Under the pieces are notes generated by a model. That model worked only from the letters and a program-made list of their open reading frames with translations, did no database searches and was not told the origin of the DNA. Shown piece after piece: positions 47,575 through 60,775 of a DNA stretch of 62,000 nucleotides. Position numbers and translations under genes: made by a program. Numbering within the stretch: position 1 is the stretch's first letter; the number at the start of each line of letters is the position of its first letter. Origin of the DNA: Diadema setosum (lineage: Eukaryota); the NCBI RefSeq assembly GCF_964275005.1, contig NC_092705.1, positions 620,001 to 682,000 on the forward strand, written 5' to 3'.

Positions 47575-47958
47575 AGGGATCGTTTAGTTTTGGTTGAGAC
47601 CTAATTTCAGGTTTCTAACAGTTTTTGGTGAGATAATGAGAAACCTCTTATGAAATATGAAAGAATATGTAATTCCATGAAGAATTTAACGTTTATTTGA
47701 TGAAAATTGGTTTTGAAATGACTGAGATATCCAAAACAGAGCGATTCTAATAAGTGTGGGACCCACACTTTTTTATGATCGCTTTGTTTTACTTTATTTT
47801 TTGGATGTTTCAGTCATTCCAAACCCAATTTTCATCAAATAAACTTTGAATCGTCCTCTTAAAATGGTATGCTTCGTACTATAACATCAGTGTTTTCTTG
47901 GTATCTCGCAAAAAGTTTAAAGCCCAATTCTCATCTCCACCAATACTGTACTATCTCT
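47575..47958. mobile_element. TTAA-flanked Kolobok-like MITE, inverted copy of 7022-7406
   Basis: TTAA at 47571-47574 and 47959-47962; the reverse complement shares GTACAGTATTGGTGGAGATGAGAA...TTTTTGCGAGATACCAA. Confidence 0.75.
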
Positions 47959-48576
47959 TTAAACTAAAACTAGATCTATGTAGATCTAGGTCTAGATCTG
48001 TAAGCCATCGCAATCCCTAGATCTTAGTATAGTATAAAATCACTCAGAAAAATTTGCTGGCTGGGATGGTATTTGGTGCTGATAAATGCATGCATTGAAA
48101 GCCTTTGATCTGGCCTAGCACAGTTGCCTTTACATGCATTTTGGTTTGGACTTGCCCAGTCAGCAAGTGCTGGCACTGATGTACTTTCATATCCATGGAG
48201 ACATCTCAAATTCCACCAAACCATCTTGCACCAAAACTGAAAGAAATACAACAAATCTTGTTTCCCACCACTCATGTAAAACTGAACCAAACTGGTTATT
48301 GGGAAATGAGCTTCCAATTCAAGATCAGGTTGTGTGCTGCCTACACAATCTGAAACTAAGCAAAGCCATTTAATTGTACATGAATTGTATGAGTATCAGG
48401 TCTTTCAAGTAATCAAGAGTTAAAAATCAATGTACAAAATTAATTTAATGTTAATGCAATTCCTAGAATGCACACAGTCATGCACACACACACACATATA
48501 CACAAGCTTGTTTTACCAATTCATGGCACTGGATTGTTTTCCTTCCAAAGGGTTTATGTGCTGCAAGAAGCCAACA

Positions 48577-48735
48577 ATGTCTGATTCCCTACCAACAAAG
48601 CTTACTGAGATCCTAGACTGCAAACAAGGAGCAGTAAGAGCAGTCAGGTTCAATGTGGATGGCAACTATTGTATGACCTGTGGCAGTGACAAATCACTCA
48701 AGCTATGGAATCCAAAGAGAAATCTTTTGCTCAAG
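48577..48735 (+). CDS. WDR83: WD repeat domain 83 (MORG1), coding exon 1 of 5 (total CDS 930 nt, 309 aa)
   Basis: Acceptor at 48549-48550, ATG 48577, LDCKQGAVRAVRFNVDGNYCMTCGSDKSLKLWNP; donor AAG|GTATGT, phase 0. Confidence 0.93.
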
Positions 48736-49093
48736 GTATGTTTGATTTGAGAAATCCTGTAAGCTAGAGTAAACATTACCTACACTCAACAGAACCTTGA
48801 CTTAAGAATGACCAGCAAGTATCATTATTAGTAACATGAAATAGAATGCAAACTTGTTATTTTTCTTCCTTTCTACATCACAATCTTTGCTCAGGGCATA
48901 TGAAAACAGGTGCAACAAAGGGTGGCCTCTTTAGCAAAGACATCATCAGAAATTTGTGAGCCCTGGCCCATGTGTTACTCCCTTACATCCTATACATGTA
49001 CTTTGTATTTTTGTTATATTGCAATTGTATGGCCAAATAAATAATGATAAATAATATTAATAGTAACTTTTCTGTTAGAGTGCTCTCGTTTTG

Positions 49094-49277
49094 CAGTCAA
49101 ACCTGTCTTACGACCACCTGTCCATAGTGGCCACCTACTGTATACATTGTATATGACCACTAAAAACAACTCCCTCTGAGAGAAAAAAAAAAGCTTGTTA
49201 AAGAACCTATTAAGCGGAAACGTGTCTACTATAACGGCTACTTTTTTGTCTCACTTGGGTAGCTGCTGCTTGACTGT
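49094..49277. mobile_element. Small Tc1/pogo-like MITE in WDR83 intron
   Basis: CAGTCAAACCTG ... GCTTGACTG|TA termini with internal GACCACCTG motifs. Confidence 0.5.
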
Positions 49278-49621
49278 ACTTAGGAACTGCTTCAGTGTAA
49301 CAAACTTTTACATGTTGTTTGTGAGCACTGCGTAATTAAAGTAAAACCCACTTCGTCAGGACACTTCAGCTGAAACACTTTATTTTCAAGGGCTCATTAT
49401 TGTCTGAAAATGATAGCTTAATGAAGGGAAATAATCTCAAGGATTTCATTTCCCTAACAAAACTACTCGTCAAACCAAATCCCTGGTAGATTCTGCCTGT
49501 TGCACGGTCTAAACATGGCACCTCCATTAAATGAAAGAAAAGTTTGTTTCCCAACCTCATCTAATTAAGCAGGATCAGGATCCACCGTACTAAATAGTGT
49601 TGTCTGGTAAATGTCTTACAG

Positions 49622-49817
49622 AGTTATTCAGGTCATGGCTATGAGGTGCTGGATGCCATGGGGTCAGTGGACAACGGTCACCTGTGTTCATGTGGGGGTG
49701 ACAAGACAGTCATACTGTGGGATGTAGCAACGGGAAAGATGATGCGAAAGTACCGTGGGCATGCTGGCCGTGTTAACTGCGTACGCTTCAATGAAGACTC
49801 TTCTGTTATTTTATCAG
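49622..49817 (+). CDS. WDR83: WDR83 coding exon 2
   Basis: SYSGHGYEVLDA...GGDKTVILWDVATG...RGHAGRVNCVRFNED; AG and GT borders, ends phase 1. Confidence 0.93.
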
Positions 49818-51806
49818 GTACCTTGGTATTCATGTCAGGACATTAACTTGCAGATACTACACATGCCACTCACTTTTTTAATCCAAGGGAAGAAAAATAC
49901 ACAAGTTTCATCATGAAAAACTCTGTAGTAGTGTACATCACAACTGAAAAAGCTGTGGAGAAAAAAAAAATGCAAATCACTTCCTTTGGGAATGTATAAT
50001 TTTTTTGATGAAGAAAGATAACTTATTTCCCTTTTCACAGTGAAGTCATGTGATAATATGACTACATTAGGCAGCAGTTCATTCACATGAAAGTGTTCTC
50101 ACTACTGTTCAGGAAATTTGTCTCTCAAAGCAATTCAGTTGAAGTTTGTCATTGTAGAAAGTGGAGCACAATGCTAAAACATGAATGGAATTTCAAGGCA
50201 TGTGGCACAAAGGGCAACAAAATGCAATTCTTGTGCGTGCTTTAGCTGACTACATTTTCTATGGAGTTTGTTCAAATTTGTCTTGGAGATGTAGAGTGTA
50301 TCACTTGAACATCTATCCTCCAATTGCTGGTACAATTAGAGATAGAGCTCTACATTTCACATTTTCACATTTCAGGTTTATTTAACACTTCCATAAAAAC
50401 AAATCAACATATAACAGAAAACATTCAGCATTACAATCAATTAGACTACACAAAAGCATTATCATTACAACAACATTCATGAGAAGTATAACAAAACAAA
50501 ATGATTGGATAGTGTTAGGAGACAAGCAGAAAGGCACAGCCTTATATTTAAGCCTGTCTCCAGAAAAAAATATACACATATTATAACAAATCATATCATG
50601 GAAATATTTTTGATAAATATAAAACATCTCAATTTCAGCAAGTTGAAACATGGCTGTACACATCTATCAGATACACACACACACACACATACACACACAT
50701 ACGCACGCCTACACACAAACGGCCTAACAATCAGAAAATTCAATGTATTGATTTAGAAGGTAAAACTTGTATCTCCTTTGGACTAATCGTAATGATGTGC
50801 TGCCTCGAATATCAGGAGTGTCTGTGTTTTGACCTCATCTATAAAGGTAAAAGGTAAAAGTGTGAACTTATGGAATTCAGCTAGTATGGACTTTCTAAGC
50901 TGTGACATTGACTTGATTGTTTCTAAACTGAGCGTAGCGGTGAACAAGGAGTAGATGAAGACAATATTGTGGATTTTGATGTGCTGCCCTAATTGACCTT
51001 GCTTGTACAGGGTGAAAGAAACTTACATGTATGAATGCAGTAACTTGGTTGGATATAATATGAATTCCCCACAAATCTGGTATGGAGGAGCCTTTTGAAG
51101 TCATTGTAGGTTCCTATAATTTTTGTTGGTGTTGCCATCTGTTTTCTACTTGTATAGGCGGCAGGAAAAAAAAAAGAAAGAAAGAAATGTCAAGGTAGGG
51201 GCCTTTAATTGCAAACTACCAAGAGCACAAGTTTTGAGAAAGTTATTTTCATTTTTAACTAATAACAGAGATGTTGGGATTTGAAAAGGAAAACAAGAAA
51301 ATTTAATAAATTGCATCAAATATTTACAAGCTCATTTATAGCATGTGATATTGAGTTAAACTTTGATGCGCTATATGTATACAATGTAGTGTTCAAAGCA
51401 ATATGGAAAAGAACCCACATACAGAAATTTCATAGCACTTATCAATTTTTGCAGTATCAATTTATAGTTGTGGTGGGATGACATTATCAAGCAGTCTGTA
51501 TGTCATTGGACAGAGAGGTTGAATTGGGTTTGATGCCTTAATTGACAGACTTTGGCTGATAATAATTTACAGGAAAGTGTTTTCAGATGTAATGTTTACC
51601 AATTAGAAAAATGTGTCCATGATGAAGGCTGAGAGTATAACTTGTCACACAGGGATTTTTAGCTAGGACTTGGGGATTATCAGCTGGACACCACAGGGAT
51701 GCACCCAGTAACTCTTTGCCAGATGCTGAATGGGTGCCTGACGAGTCTAGATGTTCATTACTGGTATATCATTCATGTTCTCTGATCACAAACAATATCA
51801 TTTCAG

Positions 51807-52001
51807 GTTCCATTGATGCTACAGTGAAAATTTGGGACTGTCGTTCAAGAAAGTTTGATGCAATCCAGAGTCTTGAGGAAGCCAGGGACAGTGTCACTTC
51901 TATTGAAGTATCGGACCATGAAATACTCACAGGTTCAGCAGACGGAAAGGTCAGAAGATATGACCTCAGAAATGGACGCATGCACTCTGACTGCATTTCT
52001 A
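51807..52001 (+). CDS. WDR83: WDR83 coding exon 3
   Basis: GSIDATVKIWDCRSR...EARDSVTSIEVSDHEILTGSADGKVRRYDLR; tttcAG and A|GTGAGT borders, phase 1/1. Confidence 0.93.
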
Positions 52002-52227
52002 GTGAGTAGCATGTTGAAATCAGATTGTTTAATGGTTTTGCAATGGATTAAGATTGCATTGGCAAGTACAGCCACTGATGAACTGTGATATTAGTAATGT
52101 AGCTAAGCATTCATGTGTGTAGGTTTGGCATCAGCTGTTTTTATGATGGTGTTTGTGTCTATCCTACAGGGAGTATTGGTGTATGTACTTTCCCTTACAA
52201 GCTTTTCTCTAATGTTCTTCACCTCAG

Positions 52228-52451
52228 AGCCTGTGACCAGTGTTTCCTTCACCAAAGATGGTCAGTGTACACTGGTTTCCTCACTGGATAGCACCCTCAG
52301 ACTCCTGGACAAGGAGACAGGGGAACTATTGGGGGAGTACCTGGGTCATGAAAACAAGAGCTACCGTCTGGACTGCTGCATGAATGAGACAGACACCCAT
52401 GTCGTCAGTGGGTCAGAGGATGGACGTATTTGCTTCTGGGACCTGGTGCAG
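52228..52451 (+). CDS. WDR83: WDR83 coding exon 4 (followed by GC donor)
   Basis: PVTSVSFTKDGQCTLVSSLDSTLRLLDKETGELLGEYLGH...SGSEDGRICFWDLVQ; ends CAG|GCAAGT, phase 0. Confidence 0.9.
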
Positions 52452-52910
52452 GCAAGTGTAGTCAAAATATCATTGAGGTGTCATAATCTTGTGGTAAATG
52501 ACTAGGTTTGTTGAATGAAACCCTTGCCAATAGGCATTGGTTGTCTTGGTATCCTACAAAAGTAGTTACTGCATATGTTCACTCTCTATTCACTAGAATG
52601 CAAGGATCCCAAGAAATTCTGTTATCCCCGCTGGTGCAGGAATGCTCCTCAGTACAGAAAGAAAGGTTCATACAACATGTGTTCAAGTGGAATATATCAA
52701 GTGATTAAGAATGACTGCAATGAAGTCTTGTCTTTGCAAACTGAATGGATTTAAGAAACCGAGTCCAGTGAATGACTACACTGTATTGATTAATTCTATG
52801 AAAGCGGTGAAGCATAGAAGGCAATATTCTATCGTTCTTGCAGAGCTGGTCAGAGTTTGTAGATTATGTGGTTATTTCCCCCATCTTGAAATGCATTTTA
52901 ATGCTGGTAA

Positions 52911-54047
52911 AGCCCCTGTTCCACTATGTCGTTCTCGCTATGATTTGACAATTTTCTCAGATCGGGAAGGATCGGGTAAAACCTGAGCTGATCTGGACAC
53001 AGTACGATGTTAGAACGCTCTAAGCACGCTGCAGTTACGACTGACACGTGCTTCCTACGCTCTTACTACGATGATCGGGAATGAGGCATTACGATCTCTG
53101 CTGCTGCAGCTACGCTTTAGAACGATGTAGCTACGCTGTCAGTGCGATGTTGCCGATGTTATCCGATCGATGCACGCTGTATCTACGCTCTGAAAGATCT
53201 ATACGATCTTATCACGCTGTCAACCCATTCAGAGAGCTGAAAAGTGCCCGATGTCCCCGATGTACCCTGATTCGACTGTCGATCTGCAGTCAGTCAACTT
53301 ATTAGCATGCAGAACCGAAGAAATATACTGTGGACCTCGAAGAGGCTCCTCAACTCCCGGTTCTTTTGCAGCAATGCATTGTTATAAACAAAGACGTGCT
53401 GATTTTTCCAAGGCTTTTTCTTGATGTCCTTGCTTTTATAGTCCGTCTTCCTCCAGTTGTAGATGATTTCACATTCTTCAAAATTCTGCTATGTCCTCTT
53501 CCTCCTGTGCAGTCTCTCTCTCTTCGCCTTTTGGGTAGCTGCTTTGCTGCTTTCTTCTCTTCTTTTTCTTCATCTCTTCTCCTTCTTCGAAAATTTGAGC
53601 TCCTTCTTCTTCATGTTCTGCCCTGACAGGTGCAGCGACAATGCCATCCTCCTCCTCACCAGTTCTGCCTCTCGATCTCCTTGATCTTCTTCTGGCAGAC
53701 ATTTTTTTCCGTTTTTGTGCCGATGTTACTACGCTCAGAAAGACCTTGTTACGCTCATCCTGCAGCGTTTATGCTGTCACTATGCTCTCCCCGCTGCGTT
53801 TACGCTGTCACTACATTCTCCCCGCTTGCCGTACGATTAAAGATAGGTCAATTTTGATCGGGGAGATCAGGAAGAAATTTTGAACAGGTTCAACATTTCT
53901 TCCCGATCTGAAAAATGCCCTCTCCAACCCCGACTTCCACACGCTGCTGCTACGATGCTTCCGATCCCCGTACGCTTTTGCCACTCTCTCCCGATCTGCT
54001 AGATCGGGACAGATCGGGGTCCAGATCGTGATAGTGGAACGGGGGCT
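52911..54047 (-). mobile_element. PIF/Harbinger non-autonomous element with MADF/Myb-like relic, in WDR83 intron 4
   Basis: TAA TSD (52908-52910, 54048-54050); TIRs AGCCCCTGTTCCACTA / TAGTGGAACGGGGGCT. The minus-strand relic reads MSARRR...EEDIAEF / IYNWRKTDYKSKDIKKKPW. Confidence 0.8.
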
Positions 54048-54458
54048 TAACACTCAGTGATGCAAAAGAGCAATTTTCTCCCTTTTATTCATTATGTTCC
54101 TCATTTTATCAATTTGTTTAGGTTTTGAAAAACCTAAGTTTGTAAGAGGTTCCACTCACCTTCAATGTCAGTAGATAAGTCTACACAGACCAAAACAAAG
54201 GCAGAATACCCCTAAAACATGTTGATTACTAATGGATGATTCTCTAGTCCCTCATATCATATTAACTATACTAGAGTAGCTAAAACCACAATTTTTAACC
54301 AATTTGAACATCCTTCCAGTAACTGAATACACACTTGTTGATTGGTATATGAGCTCCTATAAAAACTACGAACTGTAGACTGATTCTGTTCACAGTGGAG
54401 GCCACCCTATAGATTACATTTATTCTTTGCTTGAAGCTAACATGCCATTCTGTAATTC

Positions 54459-55498
54459 TTATGCCTCCGCCACGAAGTGTCGCCGGAGGCATTATGTTTT
54501 CGGGTTGTCCGTCCGTCCGTAATGTTATTTTGTGGACAGCGTATCTAAAAAACTGTTAGAGGTATCCTAATGAAACTTGGCATGTATATGTATGAGTGGG
54601 CGAAGTTGCGCCTATAAACTTTTGAGCGCACATGATCAAGGTCAAAGGTCAAAAGGTCAAGGTCAAATGCTCAAAATTTCACTATCTCCCCTATATCTAT
54701 GCAATGCCTGGAGGTATTTTCTTGAAACTTGGTGTATACATGAACTACCAGATAAAGATTCCCCAGAGAGCTTTGGGTCATAAGGTCAAGGTCAAAGGTC
54801 AAGTGAAAATGTTAAAATTTCACATTTTTCTCCATATCTCACAAATATTTCAAGGTATCTTCGTGGAACTTAGTATTTATGCATGTACTGACTGGCAGTG
54901 ATCATTTAGGGAATTTAGGGGTCATGGGTCAAAGGTCAGGGGTGAAAGGTCAAGGTCAACTCATCAAAATGTCATTATTTCTCTCTTATCTATGCAATGC
55001 CTGCAGGATTTTTTCTTGAAACTTAGTGTATGCATATATTACCCAAGTTTCTCGCCTAAAGGTCAAATGTCAAAATGTCAAATGTCAAGTGAAAGTGCTA
55101 AATTTCACTTCTTCTTTAAACTTATAAAAGGGTCAAAAGTTGGGTACAAAAATCCTCAAATCCCCAAATACCTGCACTCTTAGACAGTATAGCCATTTGT
55201 CAGAGGTAAACGGCACGGAAGGGTTTTTTTTTTTCCTTTTCTCCTACCCTCTTGTTTACAGTGGGCTATTGTCTAGGTAGAAACAATTTTTAGGCCAGCA
55301 GCTACCAGCAGCATCCAAATAAACCTTGTTCAAGGATAGTGAACACTCAATGCATTTGTGACAAACCTGTCATTTTAATATTTTGCCAGTTATGTGAAGC
55401 TGTTATCACACATTGTCAAGACATTGTGCTATAGACCTAATTGGAGAACCATGCATTATGGCGGAGGCATACCAGTCGCCATAGCGACATTTCTAGTT
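54459..55498 (+). mobile_element. Helentron-associated non-autonomous element (HINE/DINE-like)
   Basis: 5' subTIR TATGCCTCCGCC, nearby inverted GGAGGCAT, (GTCC)n microsatellite, internal AAGGTCA repeats, 3' subTIR GGCGGAGGCATA, hairpin GTCGC-CATA-GCGAC and terminal CTAG followed by a T run. Confidence 0.8.
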
Positions 55499-55578
55499 TT
55501 TTTTCTTTTATTGTAGAATTATACGAATGTATTTGATAGCAGGACTGAAGAGTTGAAGAAATACATTGTAGATGACTA

Positions 55579-56048
55579 CTAAAAGTGGTTTCTTTCGCGT
55601 ACAGATACTTCCGCGGTTTCCATCGGTGCCGACTTTTTCGCATGTGTTTAAATTCATGGTCGGCAAAATCTGTGAATTCACAGTCGGCAAAAACTGTTTT
55701 ATTTTGCACATGATAACCCAAACTATAATCCAATTGTTCTTTTGTTTATTAAATAGAAATTTAAATTAAATGCAGGCTTACCTGAAATCCCGTCTCTCAA
55801 GTACTTTGGATTACATGGTATCACTGTGTGTGTGTTGACCATCAATACACTCAATACGCGAAATCTTTGTGTGTGTGTGTGCATGTGCACAATAGCGTTG
55901 TAACATGCGGCGAGTTCAAAACATTTCCTTGCATGGTTAATTTCATGCGACTTTTCAAAACATTTCGCATAATGTTAAATTCGCGGTTCAACCTCAAAGC
56001 ACGAAAGGCACGAAAATAAAACCACCGCGAAAGAAACCACTTTTACAG
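55579..56048. mobile_element. TA-flanked MITE
   Basis: TA|CTAAAAGTGGTTTCTTTCGCG ... CGCGAAAGAAACCACTTTTACAG|TA. Confidence 0.75.
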
Positions 56049-56284
56049 TAGTTTGTTCTTGTAAGGGAGTTTCATGTTCCTCCTTTTTTGAAAAATAATT
56101 ATTTCAGCACATTTTAGTGAGTATTAACATCCCTGTGCTACTTCTCCGGCAAAATTCTACATGTTTCTCAGTCAGTTATCTTAAATCTTGCTTTAATGGT
56201 ATCTCAATTACGGGTATCTCACATTCATTTGCATTCTCATGTTACTGTCGCTATTCTTGTTTCAAATTATTTGCATAAATTCAG

Positions 56285-56440
56285 GGTTCCATGACGACTA
56301 CAATTGAGAAGGCTGGGAAGAATGCTGTCCACTCACTTTCCTTCCACCCCCAGGAACCTTGCCTTCTCTCAGCCTCTGAAGGTCTCGTCAAGGTTTGGAG
56401 ACCGGAGTCGTACACAGAGGATGAAGGGGAGATGGGATGA
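56285..56440 (+). CDS. WDR83: WDR83 coding exon 5 (stop)
   Basis: ttcAG acceptor; GSMTTTIEKAGKNAVHSLSFHPQEPCLLSASEGLVKVWRPESYTEDEGEMG*; TGA at 56438-56440. Confidence 0.88.
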   Translation, partial: GSMTTTIEKAGKNAVHSLSFHPQEPCLLSASEGLVKVWRPESYTEDEGEMG

Positions 56441-58032
56441 AAGATGGGGATAGAGGAAGACAAACTACCCAGTATCATAGGTTACTATGGTTACAGGGGC
56501 CGGATGCTGTTCAAGACAAAGGCTCAGAGTGTGAGGACACATGTTTTGCATAGGCTGGAGTTTTCACTAGTGGGTGATGATATTTGCCTACTGTATATAC
56601 AATTTTGAGGAGTGAACATCCTCAGCCATCTGTTGCTATGGCAACAACATAAATGAAACTTGCCAGGTTTCCAGAGTGCAGGTTGTAGGGCCAGTGTGTC
56701 TGCCAGCTTCTCTAGATGAATGAAGTCTTTCTAGATAGGAACCAGGGAACTTGTGATTGAGTGTCCATGGTCTTATCCACTGAGCCGAGACAGCTCCTCC
56801 TCGAGGGCTGCTCAGTGAGTATGCTATTAAAGTGTCGGGATAGTGGCTGTTGTGGAGTTTAAATTTTGTTGGTGTGTGTGAATGAGAGAGAGAGAGAGAG
56901 CACGCATAATAAAGTCAGTGTGCTTTGCTTGACCCATCCACCTTTACATCTTTGTTTCTATAGAGACACATTCCTAACGATGGATACTTTTATTCCCTAT
57001 AACAATCACTTAGGTGTGTCCAGATTTGATGAGTTATATGTATCATGTCAAAGATAGGAATCTTTTCCTCAAAAATCTGGCCAACCCTGAAAACAAACAC
57101 ATCCATGTATCTAGCAAGTTTTGTTTGTTTTGAGATGCAAGTTCAGAAGTGTATGTGTGTTTTGTAAGTGCTGCTGCAACATGGTGCCTATAGGTTCAGT
57201 TGTAGGATCTTCTGTCTTTTATGCTGCATCTTGCATCAAAATTGAAAGATGCTATGGTTTAAACCATAAGTGTGGCTTGTTTGCACATCAGAGATGGAGT
57301 GCCCAGTTCATGTTAAATGACACAAGGTGATATGGTACATTCATATTTATTACACAACCTTTCTCTATTTTAATAGTCTTTCTACATTGTATTGTACTGA
57401 ATCTGATGATAATGCCTGTGTAATTCCTCAATCAGTTTCATTTTTCTTGGCTGTTAAAAAGTCCTTTGATGGAGTCAACCACTGTTACTAAGTAAGTTTC
57501 CAAATAAATCTGGTTCTTTAGTTGGCATTAGCTGGAAACCCATAGGCACGTTCAGAATGAATGTTAACATGGCTGTTAATACATGTACTCCATATAGGTC
57601 TTTTCAAGCCTTTATACCCTAGTCCTGGCAAAACTGTGATTTGCAAATTTGATAAATCAAATTATATGGACATGTATCAAGCTGTATGCAGCATAGCAAA
57701 GGCAAAAGAAGCAATACTTCACCTTCCTTCTTGAGTTCATATGTGTGCAGCATTCAGTTTTAATCAGTTCAGTCAATATTGTAGGAGTGTCTAGAAGCGG
57801 AAATCTTGCCATTGAATTTGAGTTTGTAATACATGGACAAGTATCTATGGCTGTTACTGTTTGAATTTCTTTTTGTGCTAGAGTTCTTCCCTGTATTGCT
57901 CTGCCATATGTTATTTGAGTTTTGTCTTTTCATCCCATGGAAGCTTCAGTGTGCACAGACTTTTTAGCTGAAATAGTAGTTGGTTTTCTCATGTTATGCC
58001 TGGTTGTAAGGTATTCATGAAGTTTTTCTTAA

Positions 58033-58795
58033 CCCTATTTTTACTGGGCTATTTGAAACCAAGTTTTTACTGGGGGGGTCAATTTGACACCCCCTTCAGA
58101 TCTCGGCCGCCGATCGCACGATCGCCGCAAAATTTTGCCTGAACATAGAGCCGGATGTCAGCTACAAGATTACATGGTCATACAATAGGAAAATGTTGGT
58201 TTTATATTTTTTAAGTAATTAATTATGCAAATTTATGCATGAAATCATATTTTCACCTATGACTCCATTAAAAAGAATGAAGGATTGCTAAATTTTTGTG
58301 TCAGAGTTCCTCAAGACACATAAAACAATTTTCTTGTAAAAAAATAGCGCAATCAAAATCAGTTTCTTTTGTTTTTTATTGTTTTGTTAATTTCCTATGT
58401 ATTTTATTGTTTTTTCGACCTTTTGTTTGCTATTGTTTTTTGCCAAAATTTGTTGCAGGCACTTTTTCAAGCTTATCTACATTAGAATTGATTAATTTCA
58501 ATGTTCAAAAGTTGAAATAATCTAATTTATATCAATTAAACAAAGAAACACAATTTGCATTGGATTTGCACACGAAATAATGAATTTGAGCTGTTTTCGG
58601 GTTGACATGCATATGCAAAACATTGCGTAATTTCAGAATGGTGTACCCGGACGTCGCAAATTTGGTCTCAAAATATGTGGGAGACTTCAATGAAAAAAGT
58701 AATGAAACGACGCGGCAAAATCTTTGCGCGTTGCGGAATCGTGGCGCGAAATGTCGAGGGGGGGTCAATTTGACCCCCCCCCAGTTAAAATAGGG
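58033..58795. mobile_element. piggyBac-like MITE
   Basis: TTAA|CCCTATTTTTACTGGG ... CCCAGTTAAAATAGGG|TTAA, with GGGGGTCAATTTGAC(A/C)CCCC subterminal palindromes at both ends. Confidence 0.85.
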
Positions 58796-58848
58796 TTAAA
58801 ATACCGTAAGAATGAAATTCCAAAATTATTTTCCTGTGTAAAGGACTA

Positions 58849-59033
58849 CAGTGCACTCCCATTACAACAGAACACGGTTATAACGAAATTCCAGTTACAA
58901 CAAAGTAAAAATTCAGGCCGCAAAAACATCCACTCTGTATTTTTATTGTTTATTTGTTCGATATAACAAAATTTTGATACAACGAAAAAAAAACTGCCTG
59001 TCCCGAGGACTTAGTCATAACGGGAGTCCACTG
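58849..59033. mobile_element. Tigger/pogo-like MITE
   Basis: TA|CAGTGCACTCCC ... GGGAGTCCACTG|TA. Confidence 0.75.
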
Positions 59034-59453
59034 TATATGGTACAGATTCTAGCCCCCCAATACACATTAGCAATTTTTCTTACAGGAGTATCGGAGACCC
59101 GTTTTCATCTTCTTCTTCTTCTTCTTTTCTTTTTTTCTGTTTAGCTGTATTCTTCACTCTCTGCCTGCAGAGTACTTGTAGATATTGTGTTATATGATGC
59201 AGTGCTAACAAAGCTGATTGTATATCAATAACAGTGATTGTTGACTATCACTCTTTTCCAACTTCAGCATGATAGTGAGTTAGGCCACATAACTCATTGA
59301 TGAGAGCCTGTCCACTACCACTTATTTTTGGACCTAAAAATTACTTCTCAGGAAAAACAGCTGATGCCATAAATTTATATGCAAGTATACAGCATTGGCA
59401 GAATTTTACTGTAACTGCCCCTGACCTGTTGGGGATGAGCTGATTTTGTTACT

Positions 59454-59637
59454 CAGTGGACTCTGTTACAACAAAGTTCTTGGGAGCGCCAATTTTCTTT
59501 TGTTATATCGAAATCTTGTTATATCCGAATGAATAAAAATAAAAATATGTAGAGTTTTTAATGTTGCAGCCCTAAATTTTACTTTGTTGTAACCGGAATT
59601 TCATTGTAACCATGTTTGTTATAAAGGGAGTGCACTG
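59454..59637. mobile_element. Second, inverted copy of the pogo-like MITE
   Basis: CAGTGGACTC ... GGGAGTGCACTG|TA; the interior is a diverged reverse complement of 58849-59033. Confidence 0.7.
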
Positions 59638-59909
59638 TAATGCGCATTTCCTGTAGACACCTGCCCGAGTATACACACTAGTATTCACTAACATACATGT
59701 ACATGTTGCCATTTATTGAAATTCTTGCAGTCAATAAGTTTCTATGTTTCGGTTAGACTTATTCATCGCCATAAATTGTTTCATTGTGTGATGATCATAA
59801 TTAAAGATAACAGCTGATCAAAATAATTTCATGTTTTCACATCTTTTTAATTTTGTGTGAGATGAATAAAAACCGACTGTGGTTGATGGTAGGTCTTCCT
59901 TTCTGAATA

Positions 59910-60124
59910 CTGTATACAGCATATATTTAGCAAGTCTAAATTTTCGGGAATTGGGACTTCCTGACAATTTCGCGAGTGGTTAAATTCGCGATTGTGAAGT
60001 ACTGTACTGAATGGAGAAATGTGCGTCACATACGTATCAGGAGTCGGTCATTAGTTTCGCACGTCTTTAATTTCATGAATAGCACCTGACTGGCGATATT
60101 CGTGAAAATATTCCGCGTATACAG
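59910..60124. mobile_element. TA-flanked MITE
   Basis: TA|CTGTATACAGCATATATT ... AATATTCCGCGTATACAG|TA. Confidence 0.6.
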
Positions 60125-60133
60125 TACGTAGTA

Positions 60134-60254
60134 CAGTATTCATCGCATAACCGGGACAGGTTGGGAGTAGCAAATGCGGCCCCTTGAAGCGGGGTGCCCG
60201 ATTTCGCGATGAGCACTCACCATACACTAACGGCATACGACATGTACATGTAGT

Positions 60255-60293
<39 letters not shown>

Positions 60294-60775
60294 CATACTG
60301 ACCTACTGTACATGTACATGAATACACAACCACGCTACCCCTCGGCACGACCCTCTAGCTCTCCCTGCACATGGCTTTGCTTATACATAAAGTGTATGTA
60401 GGGGAGAAGAATGTTCGCGAAAGCATGTGTTTCGCAATGGCATGGATACTTATACACAGCGCTTTCGTGGCTATGCATGTACGTGTACTAGATGGACGGA
60501 GGTCAAAACACACCAGTCCGAAGCTTGCTTTGTAAGTTCGATGTAAACGACAACTGATAGGGAATCTTTGAAATATTGTTGTGGTATTTTGGTAGATTTT
60601 TTGTGTAAAATATCAACAAAATCAAAGATCACTTGAAGAAAAATTGTCCCGTTTATCAGAGGTCCCCACCCGATTATCCAGTGAAAATAACATGCATTGG
60701 AAATGTTTCTGGGAAGCGTATGTCATTTAAGCGAGGTTCCCGATTATCAGATGCCCGATTATGCGATGAATACTG
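60134..60775. mobile_element. TA-flanked Tc1/pogo-like MITE
   Basis: TA|CAGTATTCATCGCATAACCGG ... CCCGATTATGCGATGAATACTG|TA. Confidence 0.8.

Noticed and set aside
46419..48550. Head-to-head WDR83OS/Asterix gene as in vertebrates
   Set aside because: No Asterix-like peptide was recognised on the minus strand here.
48430..48576. N-terminal extension of WDR83 in the ORF track
   Set aside because: Most of it lies upstream of the acceptor at 48550 and includes a CA microsatellite. An in-frame ATG at 48556 could add 7 aa, but homology starts near 48577.
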